From: an uncultured Alphaproteobacteria bacterium
Lineage (GTDB): Bacteria; Pseudomonadota; Alphaproteobacteria; Rhizobiales; CAWCWK01
Reading direction: 5' to 3'
Assembly (NCBI GenBank): GCA_963799285.1
Contig: CAWCWK010000004.1
Span: forward strand, 270,309 to 334,308
Length of the DNA stretch: 64,000 nucleotides
In this document: positions 1 to 9,359 of the stretch, piece by piece
How the letters are laid out: every line of letters starts with the position of its first letter
Numbering within the stretch: the stretch's first letter is position 1
Translations under genes and position numbers: made by a program
The notes under the pieces: model-generated
What the model was told of the DNA's origin: nothing
Seen by the model: only the letters and a program-made list of their open reading frames with translations
Database searches by the model: none

Positions 1-2042
1 TCGAGAACGCGGCCGCCCGGGGCGACCCACGCGGCGCGATCAAGCGGGCACAGATGCATCTCGCCGCGGCCGGCGATCGCGGCGGGCGCGACCGCGCGGC
101 CACGCTGTTGGAGGACGCGGCAGACGGCGGCTCGTTCGATGCGGGCGTGTCGCTGGCCCGCCTCCTTCTGGAGGATGGCACGGACACGGACCGTGCCGTC
201 GCGCTTCTGGAGACGGGCGCGGCGAACCACGACCCGACGGCCTTCCGGCTCCTCGCCCGTTTCCATCGCGGTGACTATACGGCGGTGTCGGACCCGGTCC
301 GCATGCGGGCGGTGCTGGACGCTGCGATGGCGAGACCCGGCGTCTCGGCCGACATCGTCGCCATGGCCGCGCAGCCGCCGCTGACGAGCCCACCGGGGCC
401 GGGTGATCGCGAACGCGCCGCCGCCCTGCGCGCCCGCTTAGCGGCAATGGAGGGGCCGGCCGCCGACCTCGCCTACGCTCGAGCGTTGCTCGGGGCGGGC
501 GAGGACCTGGCCGAGGCCGGGCGCCGCCTGCGCCGAGCCGCGGAAGGCGGCGATCCGCAGGCCATGACCGAGCTCTCTGAGTTCCTGCGCTGCGTGCCGG
601 GAGCGGACCCGGCGGGCGAGGCGATCCGCTGGCGGGCTCGGGCGGCCGAGGCCGGCAGCACGGCGAGCCAGCGCGCCCTGGCGGAAGCGGCGCTGCGCGG
701 CGGGCGGGCCGATGAGGCCGACCGATGGCTGCGCCGTGCGGACGACCTTGGCGATCGACTGGCCACGGCGCGGCTCGCCGTGCTCGCTGCGGGCGGAGGA
801 GGCGACGTCGGCCCCTCCGCCGATGGCGCGCGTCCAGCCACCTCGGCCGAGGTCGAGAGTTTCGTCGAGCGTGCGGCGGCCCTCGGCGAAGGGGTCGTCT
901 CCGGCCGCCTGGCCCTGCTTCGCGCGCAGCGGCGCGGCGAGCTCGACCTCGATGCCGATGCGCTGCTGGCCGGCCTCTCTCGCAGCCTCGATCCCGATGC
1001 GCGACTCGCTCGAGCCGAGGCTCTTCTGGCCCGCGGGGAGCTCTCCGCCGCGTCGGACGATGCCGCTCGGCTCCTCCAGGCGGCTGCGTGGCAGGGCCAG
1101 GCAGACGCGATGATGCGTCTGGCGGCAGGCGAACCCGCGCCGACCGGGGCCTTGGCGCCGCAGGGCGGGTGGCTCGTGGAAGCGGCCCGGCACGGCGACG
1201 CCGACGCACTCGCCCGGCTCCCCGACGATGCCGCCCTGGCAGAGGACGTCCTCGCCTCTGCGGGGCAGCGCCGGGTATGCGATCCGGCCGCGCTGGTGGC
1301 ATTGGCGTCGTTGGAGCGACGCTTTGGCAAGGGACGGGCGGGCCCGTCCGCGGCGGACTACCTCGCCCAGGCCGTCTCCATCGCCGGGGAGCGCCCGTCC
1401 GATCTCTACAAGGTCGCCCTCGCCTTCGCCTCCGGCGATGCGACGGGAGAGCCCGACACCGCGCAGGCGCGTGAGCTCCTGCGAGGCGCGGCCGAGGAAG
1501 GCCACGCAAAGGCCGCCGTTGCCCTCGCGCGATCACTGGCACGGGCTCCGGGCCGGGCCTTCACCGAGGCGCTAGGATGGCTGGAGATGGCGGCCGACGC
1601 GGGCGAGCCGTCGGCTGTCGAGACTTTGGCGCGCTTCGCGAGCGACGAGGCCGTCGACAGTGCGGAACGCGAGGCCGTGCTAGACACCCTAAAGGCCGTT
1701 GCCGATCGCGGCGACGTGCCGGCCATGAATGCCTACGGCGCGGCCGTCGTGGCGCTCGGCGAGGCCCGGCGCGAGGAGGGCCTGTCGTTCATTCTGAAAG
1801 CCGCGGCGGAGGAGGACCCCGGAGCGATGATGGCGCTGGCACGCCTTTATGCCTCCGGCGTCATGGGCGACGTGTCGGTCGACAAGAGCACCGAATGGCT
1901 GCGCCGGGCCGCACAGGCCGGGAACCCGGAGGCGATGTACCGCTATGCGATGGCGCTCGACGTCGGCCTGGGAACGCCGCCCGATCAAAAGGCGGCCGCA
2001 CATTGGCTCAAGCGGGCACGAGATCATGGCTTCAACCAGTAG
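1..2042 (+). CDS. Sel1-like (SLR/TPR-type) repeat protein, 5' end cut by the window edge
   Basis: The frame of ORF 54..2042 stays open back to nt 3 (ENAAARGDPRGAIKRAQ precedes the first Met). It holds many degenerate ~36-aa Sel1-type repeats, e.g. GDPQAMTELSEFL and GNPEAMYRYAMALDVGLGTPPDQKAAAHWLKRA. GC3 is high. Confidence 0.8.
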   Translation, partial: ENAAARGDPRGAIKRAQMHLAAAGDRGGRDRAATLLEDAADGGSFDAGVSLARLLLEDGTDTDRAVALLETGAANHDPTAFRLLARFHRGDYTAVSDPVRMRAVLDAAMARPGVSADIVAMAAQPPLTSPPGPGDRERAAALRARLAAMEGPAADLAYARALLGAGEDLAEAGRRLRRAAEGGDPQAMTELSEFLRCVPGADPAGEAIRWRARAAEAGSTASQRALAEAALRGGRADEADRWLRRADDLGDRLATARLAVLAAGGGGDVGPSADGARPATSAEVESFVERAAALGEGVVSGRLALLRAQRRGELDLDADALLAGLSRSLDPDARLARAEALLARGELSAASDDAARLLQAAAWQGQADAMMRLAAGEPAPTGALAPQGGWLVEAARHGDADALARLPDDAALAEDVLASAGQRRVCDPAALVALASLERRFGKGRAGPSAADYLAQAVSIAGERPSDLYKVALAFASGDATGEPDTAQARELLRGAAEEGHAKAAVALARSLARAPGRAFTEALGWLEMAADAGEPSAVETLARFASDEAVDSAEREAVLDTLKAVADRGDVPAMNAYGAAVVALGEARREEGLSFILKAAAEEDPGAMMALARLYASGVMGDVSVDKSTEWLRRAAQAGNPEAMYRYAMALDVGLGTPPDQKAAAHWLKRARDHGFNQ

Positions 2043-3306
2043 CGGCACATCGCCCCGGCCCCGCCCTTTGCGTCCAGGGCCCCATGCGCGGCGCTACGCC
2101 GTGCTCCTCCTGGCTGCGGGCCTCTTCAGCTGGGCCGGGACGCTGGTTCCTGCGCCGCCTTTCGGCGCCACTCCGGCGATGGCAGCCCCCGCCGATGGCC
2201 ACCTCCAGCAGCACGTAGCCGGGGCGCTGAAGGGTAGCCGCGTCGATCTTCGCGAGGCGGCCAAGCTCATTACGGCGCGCGGGCCACGGCCCTTCGACGG
2301 CGCGGCTGCCTTGCGGCCGCTCCTGCGGGCCGAGGCCCTGCTCGGATCGAGCGCCTCGGCCAACGCCTATGCCCTGATGCTGCAATTCGGCATCGGCGGG
2401 CCCAAGGACGCGCGCGAGGCGCCGGAATGGTATGCCCGGGCGGCTGCGGACGGAAACCGATCGGCCACCGACGACGCCGCGCTCGCCTATGCGCTCGGCT
2501 GGGGCGTGCGGCGCGACAACGGACGCGCCGACGATCTTCTGGCGACGCTCGACGCGGACGCCCGGGCGCGCTCCATGCTGCGGATCAGCGACGCGCTCAT
2601 GGCGCCGGGCCGCGAGGAGCCGGAGGAAGCCCGCCGCTGGGCGGCCCGCGCTGCCGCCCTCGGGACGGCTGACCAGACCCGCGCCGCGCTGCGCTACGAG
2701 AAGCTCGGTCCTGTCGACGCCGTGGCTGCGGACAAGCTTCGCACGTGGTTCGGTGCCGGCGTCGAGCGCGGCGAGGCGGCGGCCATGCTCGGTCTGGCCC
2801 GGCAGCTGAACGGCGGTTCAGACGAGGAGCGGGCCAGGGCGGCGACGCTGATGGCCTCCGCGATCGCCGGCGGGGACGGCCAAGCGGTGTCCGCGCTCGT
2901 CGGCCTTCTCGAGGCAAGGCGTAGGGGCGATCCCGCGCTCGCCCCCGTGATCGCGACGCTCGAGGAGATGGCGACGCGAGGCGTCGGCGGGGCGAGGTCT
3001 GTCCTCGCGCAGGTCTACGCCGTCTGGGGTGTCTCGGACCCGGAATTGCGGCGCCGTGGGCGCGGCCATCTCGAGGCCGCCGCCGAGGCTGGCGACGCGG
3101 AGGCGCAATACAGGCTGGCATTGGTCCTCCTCAACCCGGTGGACGGCTCGGCCGACTTGAAGGCGGCCCGGGCCTATCTTTCCCTCGCGGCGCAGAGCGG
3201 ACACAGCCTTGCGCGCGACGCCGTCTCGCAATTCGGGGAGATGCCGCTCGAAGAGGCCCGCAGCGCCGTAGAGGCCCACGCCGCGTCTCATGAGGCGGAG
3301 CGCTAG
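2026..3306 (+). CDS. Sel1-like repeat protein with N-terminal signal/anchor segment
   Basis: I take the internal ATG at 2026 of ORF 1849..3306, giving MASTSSGTSPRP...RRYAVLLLAAGLFSWAGTLVPAPP (hydrophobic leader). Sel1 repeats follow (ANAYALMLQFGIGGPKDAREAPEWYARAAADG; GDAEAQYRLALVLL). It overlaps the upstream paralogue by 17 nt. Confidence 0.75.
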   Translation: MASTSSGTSPRPRPLRPGPHARRYAVLLLAAGLFSWAGTLVPAPPFGATPAMAAPADGHLQQHVAGALKGSRVDLREAAKLITARGPRPFDGAAALRPLLRAEALLGSSASANAYALMLQFGIGGPKDAREAPEWYARAAADGNRSATDDAALAYALGWGVRRDNGRADDLLATLDADARARSMLRISDALMAPGREEPEEARRWAARAAALGTADQTRAALRYEKLGPVDAVAADKLRTWFGAGVERGEAAAMLGLARQLNGGSDEERARAATLMASAIAGGDGQAVSALVGLLEARRRGDPALAPVIATLEEMATRGVGGARSVLAQVYAVWGVSDPELRRRGRGHLEAAAEAGDAEAQYRLALVLLNPVDGSADLKAARAYLSLAAQSGHSLARDAVSQFGEMPLEEARSAVEAHAASHEAER

Positions 3307-3442
3307 GCCGGCGACGGCTCGCGTGGCGGCGGGCCTTCAGCCGGCCCGGGCAAGCTTAACTTCCGGCAAGTGACCCGGTGCCGCGCCGTGCTCAAACCGA
3401 TGGCCAGGTCCCGGCCGGGACGCTCCCACGTGAGGTAGATGC

Positions 3443-6028
3443 GTGACCCAACTGTTCGACATAAGGGACTATGGCGCCGTCGCGGACGACGGCTCCGACG
3501 ACACGGCGGCCATCGCCTCGGCCGTCGGCGCGGCGCGGGCTGCCGGTGGCGGAGCGGTCTACGTCCCCTCCGGCACCTTCCACGTGAGCGGCGACGCGAG
3601 CGATCCATCCGTCGGCGGCATCACGCTCTACTCCGACATCGACCTCATGGGCGACGGGATGGGGCTCTCGGTCGTCAAGCTCATCGACGGGTTCGACGCA
3701 CGGATCAACGGCATCGTGCGCACGACGCCTTCCGAGAGTGTGTCCAACGTCACCATCTCCAACCTGACCATCGACGGCAATCGCGCCAACAACGCCGACC
3801 ATCAGGCCGGCTTCATCTGCGGCGTGAAGGAAGACGGCAGCGGCCGCATCCACGAGAACATCACGCTGTCCAACGTGGAAGCGAAGGATTGCACGGGCTA
3901 CGGCATCGATCCGCACGAGTTCACCCGCAACATGACCATCGAGGGCTGCGTCTCGCACGGCAATGGCGACGACGGCATCACGCTCGACGGCGTCATTGGC
4001 GGGCTCGTCAGGGACAACCTCGCCTTCAACAACGACCGGCACGGCTTCAACCTGACGACGAGCACGAGCGACGTGCGGTTGGAGAACAACGTCTCCTACG
4101 GCAACGGCTCTTCCGGCCTCGTCGTCCAGCGCGGCGACATCTTCGCCCCCGGCACCAACGACGTCGCGTGGCCGAGCAATATCCAGATCGTCGGCGGAGC
4201 CTTCTACGCCAACCAGCGCGAGGGCGTGCTGATCAAGCTCTCGGACGGCGTCACCGTCACCGGCGCCGCGATTCACGACAATCTGCTTCAGGGCGTGCGC
4301 ATAGAAGGCGCGTCCGGCACCGTCATCGACGGCAACACGATCTACAACAACGCCAATCTCGGTGACGGCCTGACCGACGAGATCAACATCCGCTCACGCT
4401 TCGACGACGCGTCGGCGACCCCTCGGACCTACTATTCGACCGACACGCTCATCACCAACAACACGATCTACAGTACCGACGCGACCGCTCCCCGCTACGG
4501 CGTCCGCGAGGAGCTCGGCAATTCCAGCGCCGCCAAGCCCTCGGGAACGCTCGTCTCCGCCAACACGATCTCGGGGGCGGCGGCGGGGCCCTACTTCATT
4601 CCGCCCTATTCGGTGACGAACGGCGACGACTTACTGCCGGGAACCAAGTCGGGCGACGCCTTCGCCGGCCAGCTCGGCAACGACACCTATATCGTCAACC
4701 ATAGCGGCGACACCGTCACCGAGCAGGCCAATGCCGGCACGGATACGGTCTATTCGTCGCTGAACTTCGTGCTGCCGAACCATGTCGAGAACCTGTTCCT
4801 GACCGACAACGCGGTGCGCGGGACCGGCAACGGGCTCGCCAATGTCGTGGTTGGAAACGCGCTCGACAACCAGCTCACCGGTCTGGGCGGCGCCGACACG
4901 CTCGATGGCGGGGCGGGTGCCGACCTGATGACCGGCGGCGACGGCGACGACGTCTACGTGGTCGACGACGCGCGGGACACGATCGTGGAGAAGGCCCATT
5001 CCGGCCTCGGCGGCATCGATACGGTGTATGCCAGCGTCGACACCGTTCTGCCCGAGCAGGTCGAGGTGCTCGTCCTGACCGGCAGTTCCGACCTCGCCGC
5101 GACGGGCAACGGGCTCGCGAACACCCTCATCGGCAATGCCGGCGACAACGTTCTCGATGGCGCGGCGGGCGCGGACACCATGGTGGGCGGTCTTGGCGAC
5201 GATACCTACATCGTCGATCACACCGGAGACAGCGTGCGCGAGGCCTTCGACGCGGGCGTCGACACCATCGTATCGAGCCTGTCCTATACGCTCGGCGACA
5301 ATGTCGAGCGGCTCGTACTGTCCGGGACCGTAGCCCTCAACGGCACCGGCAACGGCGGCGCCAATAGCCTGGTCGGCAACGCGGGCGCCAACCGGCTGCA
5401 CGGCATGGGCGGCGACGACACACTGGAAGGCGGGCTCGGCACCGACCAGCTCTATGGCGATGGCGGCAACGACACCTTCGTACTGCGCAAGGGCGAGTTC
5501 TCCGGCGACACGGTCGAGGATTTTTATGGCAATGGGGGAGCCGATGGTGACCGCCTCCTGTTCACCGGCTTCGGCGCCTCGGCGACGTTGACCCGGGTCT
5601 CCGGCAACCTCTGGCAGGTCAGTGAAAATGGCTATGTGGAGACGTTCATGCTGAAGGCGGGCGGCGGGCTCGATGTCTCCGACTACGCCTTCGACGGTGC
5701 TTCGGGTTCGGCCGCCGCCGCCCTGATCGCCGATGCGAGCGTGACCGACACCCCACTCCTCCTGCCGGACCAGGGGGACACCTTCGACTTCACGCTCTTG
5801 GATACGCGGGCGGTCGACGAGGCGGGCGCGTTCAGGCGGACTGGAGCGGATGAGCCGTTCGCGTTCGGCGGTGTGGCCGACGCGACGGAGCGTTCCCCTC
5901 ACGGCGGCCCGGACTATTTCGCCTACCTTGCCGATCGTCACGGTGACGCGCCGGACGACGGGCTTGCAGGGTTTGCGAGCGAGGACCCGCGCGGCGAGAT
6001 GTATGGCTTCTCCGACGGTCTTATCTGA
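3443..6028 (+). CDS. AlgE-type mannuronan C-5-epimerase-like right-handed beta-helix protein with C-terminal RTX (GGxGxD) modules; putative type I secretion substrate
   Basis: GTG start with GAGG 8 nt upstream. The N-terminus DIRDYGAVADDGSDDTAAIASAVGAARAAGGGAVYVPSGTFHVSG and the blocks YGIDPHEFT (nt 3899-3919), NNDRHGFNLTTST, SYGNGSSGLVVQRG and REGVLIK are colinear with the A-module of Azotobacter AlgE epimerases as I recall them. Calcium-binding nonapeptide runs and an acidic C-terminus follow. Confidence 0.8.
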   Translation: MTQLFDIRDYGAVADDGSDDTAAIASAVGAARAAGGGAVYVPSGTFHVSGDASDPSVGGITLYSDIDLMGDGMGLSVVKLIDGFDARINGIVRTTPSESVSNVTISNLTIDGNRANNADHQAGFICGVKEDGSGRIHENITLSNVEAKDCTGYGIDPHEFTRNMTIEGCVSHGNGDDGITLDGVIGGLVRDNLAFNNDRHGFNLTTSTSDVRLENNVSYGNGSSGLVVQRGDIFAPGTNDVAWPSNIQIVGGAFYANQREGVLIKLSDGVTVTGAAIHDNLLQGVRIEGASGTVIDGNTIYNNANLGDGLTDEINIRSRFDDASATPRTYYSTDTLITNNTIYSTDATAPRYGVREELGNSSAAKPSGTLVSANTISGAAAGPYFIPPYSVTNGDDLLPGTKSGDAFAGQLGNDTYIVNHSGDTVTEQANAGTDTVYSSLNFVLPNHVENLFLTDNAVRGTGNGLANVVVGNALDNQLTGLGGADTLDGGAGADLMTGGDGDDVYVVDDARDTIVEKAHSGLGGIDTVYASVDTVLPEQVEVLVLTGSSDLAATGNGLANTLIGNAGDNVLDGAAGADTMVGGLGDDTYIVDHTGDSVREAFDAGVDTIVSSLSYTLGDNVERLVLSGTVALNGTGNGGANSLVGNAGANRLHGMGGDDTLEGGLGTDQLYGDGGNDTFVLRKGEFSGDTVEDFYGNGGADGDRLLFTGFGASATLTRVSGNLWQVSENGYVETFMLKAGGGLDVSDYAFDGASGSAAAALIADASVTDTPLLLPDQGDTFDFTLLDTRAVDEAGAFRRTGADEPFAFGGVADATERSPHGGPDYFAYLADRHGDAPDDGLAGFASEDPRGEMYGFSDGLI
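4676..5485 (+). repeat. Three tandem ~84-aa (~250-bp) modules inside the epimerase-like gene, each ending in GGxGxD runs
   Basis: Module starts are GNDTYIVNHSGDTVTEQANAGTDTVYSSL..., GDDVYVVDDARDTIVEKAHSGLGGIDTVYASV... and GDDTYIVDHTGDSVREAFDAGVDTIVSSL.... Each continues with VE.L.L.G....TGNG.AN...GNA..N.L.G..G.D. Confidence 0.8.
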
Positions 6029-6173
6029 CCCGCCATGGCGGCCATGCGTGGCTCGATGGGCGAATGCCGCCGGTTCGGGTCCGGCGAGGCCCGTCACCAG
6101 CGGCGCCGCGCCCGGGCCGCATACGTCCTGCTGGGTTCTTCTTGCGTCCGTGCGCCGTTCCGGCCTCGCTAGC

Positions 6174-6614
6174 GTGCCGGCCGTTGCTGTCACCAGGTTC
6201 GACCTCGATCCCAGGCAGCTGCGGGAAGCGGCCGCCAAGGCGAGCGACGCCCGATCGGCCCGGCGCATGCTCGCCATCGCCCTCGTTCTCGAAGGCGTTG
6301 ATCGCAAGAGCGCGGCGGAGACCTGCGCGATGGACCGCCAGACGCTGAGGGACTGGGTACGCCGCTATAACGCCCAAGGCCTCGACGGGCTTCAGAACCG
6401 TCGGCCTCCCGGGCCGCCCTCCCGCCTCACGGACGCACAGATGGCCGAACTCGCCGCGCTGCTGCACCAGCACCCGAACGCTGGGGGACCGCGAACGTGG
6501 CGCCCGGCCGAGATACGCTTTCTCATCCGACAGCGGTTCGGCATCGACTATCACGAACGCACGGCAGCCAAGATCCTTACGCGTCTGCGACGAGTGCGTC
6601 CCCCCATCGACTGA
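6174..6614 (+). mobile_element. IS630-family transposase N-terminal (HTH / winged-helix) fragment; no DDE domain follows
   Basis: The tail of ORF 5850..6614 reads ARRMLAIALVLEGVDRKSAAETCAMDRQTLRDWVRRYNAQGLDGLQNRRPPGPPSRLTDAQMAELAALL...WRPAEIRFLIRQRFGIDYHERTAAKILTRL. This matches the DNA-binding half of IS630-type transposases. No catalytic domain is recognisable downstream in any frame. The start (GTG 6174) is uncertain. Confidence 0.6.
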
Positions 6615-7110
6615 ACCGGCGCTCCTTGAGGGCCCAGACCCTAATCCTCCGGGATGGTGAGGGGAGCTTCGCGCGGGTTCCGGGACCGGGGGGCGCCGTG
6701 CGCTCATCCGGCGCCACATCCACGATCGGACGTCTGTCCCCCCGAGCGCGGGCCACCGCGCGGTCCAAAACGCCTCTCGGCCGCCCATCGAAAACGCGCC
6801 CTGGGCTTTGACCCCTCCCCGTTAGGGCTCCTGTCCATCCGCTTCGAGAGCACTCGGGCCACGGGTGCGCTCGCCTCCCTCCTTCCTATCCCCCGTCCGC
6901 CGAGCCTTCAGTTGCGGAACGGCGCGGTCCTGCCTTTCCCGACCCGGGCAACGCCGCTTCGTGCGTGCGTGGCGGGCCCAGCGGTCACTTTCAAGGCCGG
7001 TCGCCTGGACCACACGCAATTTGCACCCTGGTGAATCACGATCCGGTCACATTCGGCCGTGTACCAGTGATTTATCGAGTTGTGTCGGCAACGGACAATA
7101 CGGCGCGTAC

Positions 7111-7149
7111 CTGACCATAAGATCTATAATACACTGGGCTCATGGTCAG
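7111..7149. promoter_or_regulatory. 8-bp inverted repeat CTGACCAT-N23-ATGGTCAG inside an AT-rich island upstream of the PL7 lyase gene
   Basis: Read directly: CTGACCAT at 7111-7118 and ATGGTCAG at 7142-7149. A third TGGTCAG lies at 7249-7255. The surrounding ~7030-7250 is clearly more AT-rich than the window. Confidence 0.3.
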
Positions 7150-7330
7150 ATCATGCCGCAGTAAAAATCGACAGCTATTGTAATTGCATACGAAAAACTA
7201 CCCTTTCTTACATTGTGATTACTTTACAGAGCTGCCTTTAGGTTCGAGTGGTCAGGATTGGTGTCTGGGCGTCATGCGACGACGTCTTTCCCCATGGTCG
7301 ACCGTTCGTCGATCCTTCCGGCCTAGGCGG

Positions 7331-7348
7331 GCGACCCTCGAGGGTCGC
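7331..7348. promoter_or_regulatory. 18-bp perfect palindrome GCGACCCTCGAGGGTCGC, ~115 nt upstream of the PL7 lyase start
   Basis: Read directly from the sequence. It could be an operator or an RNA hairpin (7-bp stem, 4-nt loop). Function is unknown. Confidence 0.3.
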
Positions 7349-7462
7349 GCGATACGCTCGAAGGGGGGGCTGGGCGCGGGGTCGCGCGGGGGCGCAACGA
7401 ATACTGCACACAGGACAGGCCGCCTTCGCCACTTGGTAGAGGCCGCCCAGAAAGGTTGAACG

Positions 7463-8794
7463 ATGAGCGTAAACTCCGAACATTTCGATCTCACGAACTG
7501 GAAGCTGACCCTTCCAGTGGACAAGGCGGGAACGATCTCCGGCCGTGCCGCAGAGGTTGCGGACCTCAACGGTTTCGAAGACCCGCGGTCCTTCTTCGAC
7601 GACGACACCGGCGCCATGGTCTTTCGCGTGTCCGTCGACGGCGCCACCACCGGCGGCAGCAAGTATCCCCGCTCAGAGCTGCGCGAGATGGACGGCGATG
7701 ACAGAGCCGCCTGGACGCTCTCCGAGGGCGGCACGATGAGCGCCACGCTGACCGTCCAGGAAGCCCCGACGCTCGACAAGGGCGGGCTCGGCCGGATCGT
7801 GGTTGGACAGATCCACGGGAGCGACGACGAGCTCGTCCGGCTCTACTGGGACAACGGCTCCGTCTACTTCAAGAACGATCAGGCCGGTCCGTCCGACAAG
7901 GAACTGAAGTTCACATTTACCGCATCCGACGGGAGCGAGCCGGACATCGCGCTCGGCGAGCGTTTCTCCTACGTCATCGAGGCGCGAGGCGAGACGCTTG
8001 CGGTCTCTATCTTCGCCGATGGCAAGACCTATACCTCCGTGACGCGGATCAACGACGTCTGGCAGTCCGATGCGCTCTATTTCAAGGCCGGAGCCTATCT
8101 CGGCGTCAACGAGACGAATGGCGATGGGTTCGGGCAGGTCGCGTTTCACGGCCTCGACTTCTCGCATGAGCCAGGCCGGGGCCTGGGCGGCCTCGTATCG
8201 GCGCCAAGCGAAGGCGACGAGGTCGTCGGGGGCGGTCAAGTGGACCCCGCGACCGAGCCTGCAGTCGATGTGGTGGACCTCCCGGTAGACGAGCCTCCCA
8301 AAGTCTCCGAAGAAGGCGAGACGTTCGCCGGCACGTCCGGCAATAACGCTCTCACCGGCGGTCATGGGAACGACACGTTCTACGGTCGAAGGGGCGACGA
8401 CGTCCTCGATGGTGGGGGTGGCGACGACGTGATCTGGGGCAATAGCGGTCAAGATACCCTGATCGGCGGGGCCGGCGACGATTGGCTCAAGGGCGGCGAC
8501 GGCATCGACACCTTCGTCTTCGAGGCGGGGCACGGCCACGACATCGTGCACGAGTTCCGGCGCGGCGAGACGCTCAAGCTCTCCGACACGTGGTTCGCAT
8601 CCCGGGACGACGTCCTCGATGCGCTGGTGAGGACGGATGACGGCCTCCTTCTCAAGACCGGGACCGTGTCCTCTATCCTCTTCACCAATACGAGCGAACG
8701 CGACCTCATGGGAGGGACGATCGAGCTCGAGACTGCCGCAAGCCCGACCAACGGCGCAGGGGATTCCCTGCTCGACCTCCCTGCCGGCTTTTAG
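7463..8794 (+). CDS. Polysaccharide lyase family 7 (alginate_lyase2) domain fused to RTX repeats; putative secreted alginate lyase
   Basis: PL7 signature blocks appear in order: WKLTLP, RSELRE (7670-7687), QIH (7808-7816) and YFKAGAY (8078-8098). RTX nonapeptides follow: GGHGNDTFYGRRGDDVLDGGGGDDVIWGNSGQDTLIGGAGDDWLKGGDGIDTF (8324-8518). Confidence 0.85.
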   Translation: MSVNSEHFDLTNWKLTLPVDKAGTISGRAAEVADLNGFEDPRSFFDDDTGAMVFRVSVDGATTGGSKYPRSELREMDGDDRAAWTLSEGGTMSATLTVQEAPTLDKGGLGRIVVGQIHGSDDELVRLYWDNGSVYFKNDQAGPSDKELKFTFTASDGSEPDIALGERFSYVIEARGETLAVSIFADGKTYTSVTRINDVWQSDALYFKAGAYLGVNETNGDGFGQVAFHGLDFSHEPGRGLGGLVSAPSEGDEVVGGGQVDPATEPAVDVVDLPVDEPPKVSEEGETFAGTSGNNALTGGHGNDTFYGRRGDDVLDGGGGDDVIWGNSGQDTLIGGAGDDWLKGGDGIDTFVFEAGHGHDIVHEFRRGETLKLSDTWFASRDDVLDALVRTDDGLLLKTGTVSSILFTNTSERDLMGGTIELETAASPTNGAGDSLLDLPAGF

Positions 8795-9359
8795 CCGAAA
8801 GGTTCGGAGATCCTCACCTCATCGCTCTCGCGCGGTAAGCGATGGGGTGGGCGACCGGCTTGACGCAGGTATTGCGCGTCACACCGCAAGCTGGTCCACG
8901 GTTTGAGCGAGGCCGGCGCCGACCCCGGCCTTCGACGAGATGGCACCACCTGGCCACCGTCGTCGATCGCGTTGAAGTAAAAGGACAGGCCGCCCCCATC
9001 GCCGGGCGCGTCGGCAGGCTTTCGGAGAGCCTGCCCTGCAACCTGGCTCCCAAGAATACTCGAGAGCATCATCGACCCCAGCGTCGAAGGGGGCCCGATG
9101 GGACGCCCATCACCCCGCCAACAGAGATCCTATTGCAAGCCACAGGCAGAGGTGCGCATCAACAAACTTGACGCAAACGGCGCACCCGGCTGCATTCCGT
9201 GCAGCGTGGACATGCCGACCATGGCCGCCGTGAGCGGGTGTTGGTGCTGGGATTGACGAGGAGAATGGACGGCGTCATGCCCTGGCTGCGAGCGGCCGAC
9301 CCATCCTGCGGGTACCCTCCCTCAAGCGTTATGGCTCTACAGTCTCGCCGAGACGTAAA

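Noticed and set aside
40-1542. 500-aa minus-strand ORF antisense to the first Sel1-repeat gene. Similar long antisense or offset ORFs include 4631..6307(-), 13524..15356(-), 27996..29396(+), 33879..35702(+), 37312..38784(+), 49368..51152(-) and 59008..59961(-).
   Set aside because: Their translations are Arg/Pro/Ala/Gly-rich, low-complexity strings with no recognisable domains. Each lies opposite a gene with clear family motifs. Long stop-free antisense frames are expected at this GC content.
7236-7260. GGTTCGAG, a tRNA T-arm-like string, which could be a tRNA gene or an integration-site remnant.
   Set aside because: No complementary T-stem, acceptor stem or anticodon arm can be drawn from the neighbouring sequence.
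3443-8794. I looked for a type I secretion system (HlyB-type ABC, HlyD-type adaptor) next to the two RTX proteins.
   Set aside because: No such genes are present anywhere in the window. The ABC systems found are all importers with binding proteins.
7411-8995. Direct repeat AGGACAGGCCGCC flanking the PL7 lyase gene (near 7412 and 8982), which could mark insertion boundaries.
   Set aside because: It is only about 13 bp and GC-rich. Matches of this length are expected by chance many times in 64 kb of high-GC DNA. The flanks outside the core do not align.
8795-9359. Gap between the lyase and the PuuE-like gene, with several 60-110-aa ORFs on both strands and a hairpin GGCAGGCT-N7-AGCCTGCC at 9013-9035.
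   Set aside because: None of the ORFs shows a recognisable motif or a consistent GC3 signal. The hairpin has no U-tract and no clear associated gene end. I treat the region as intergenic or decayed sequence.
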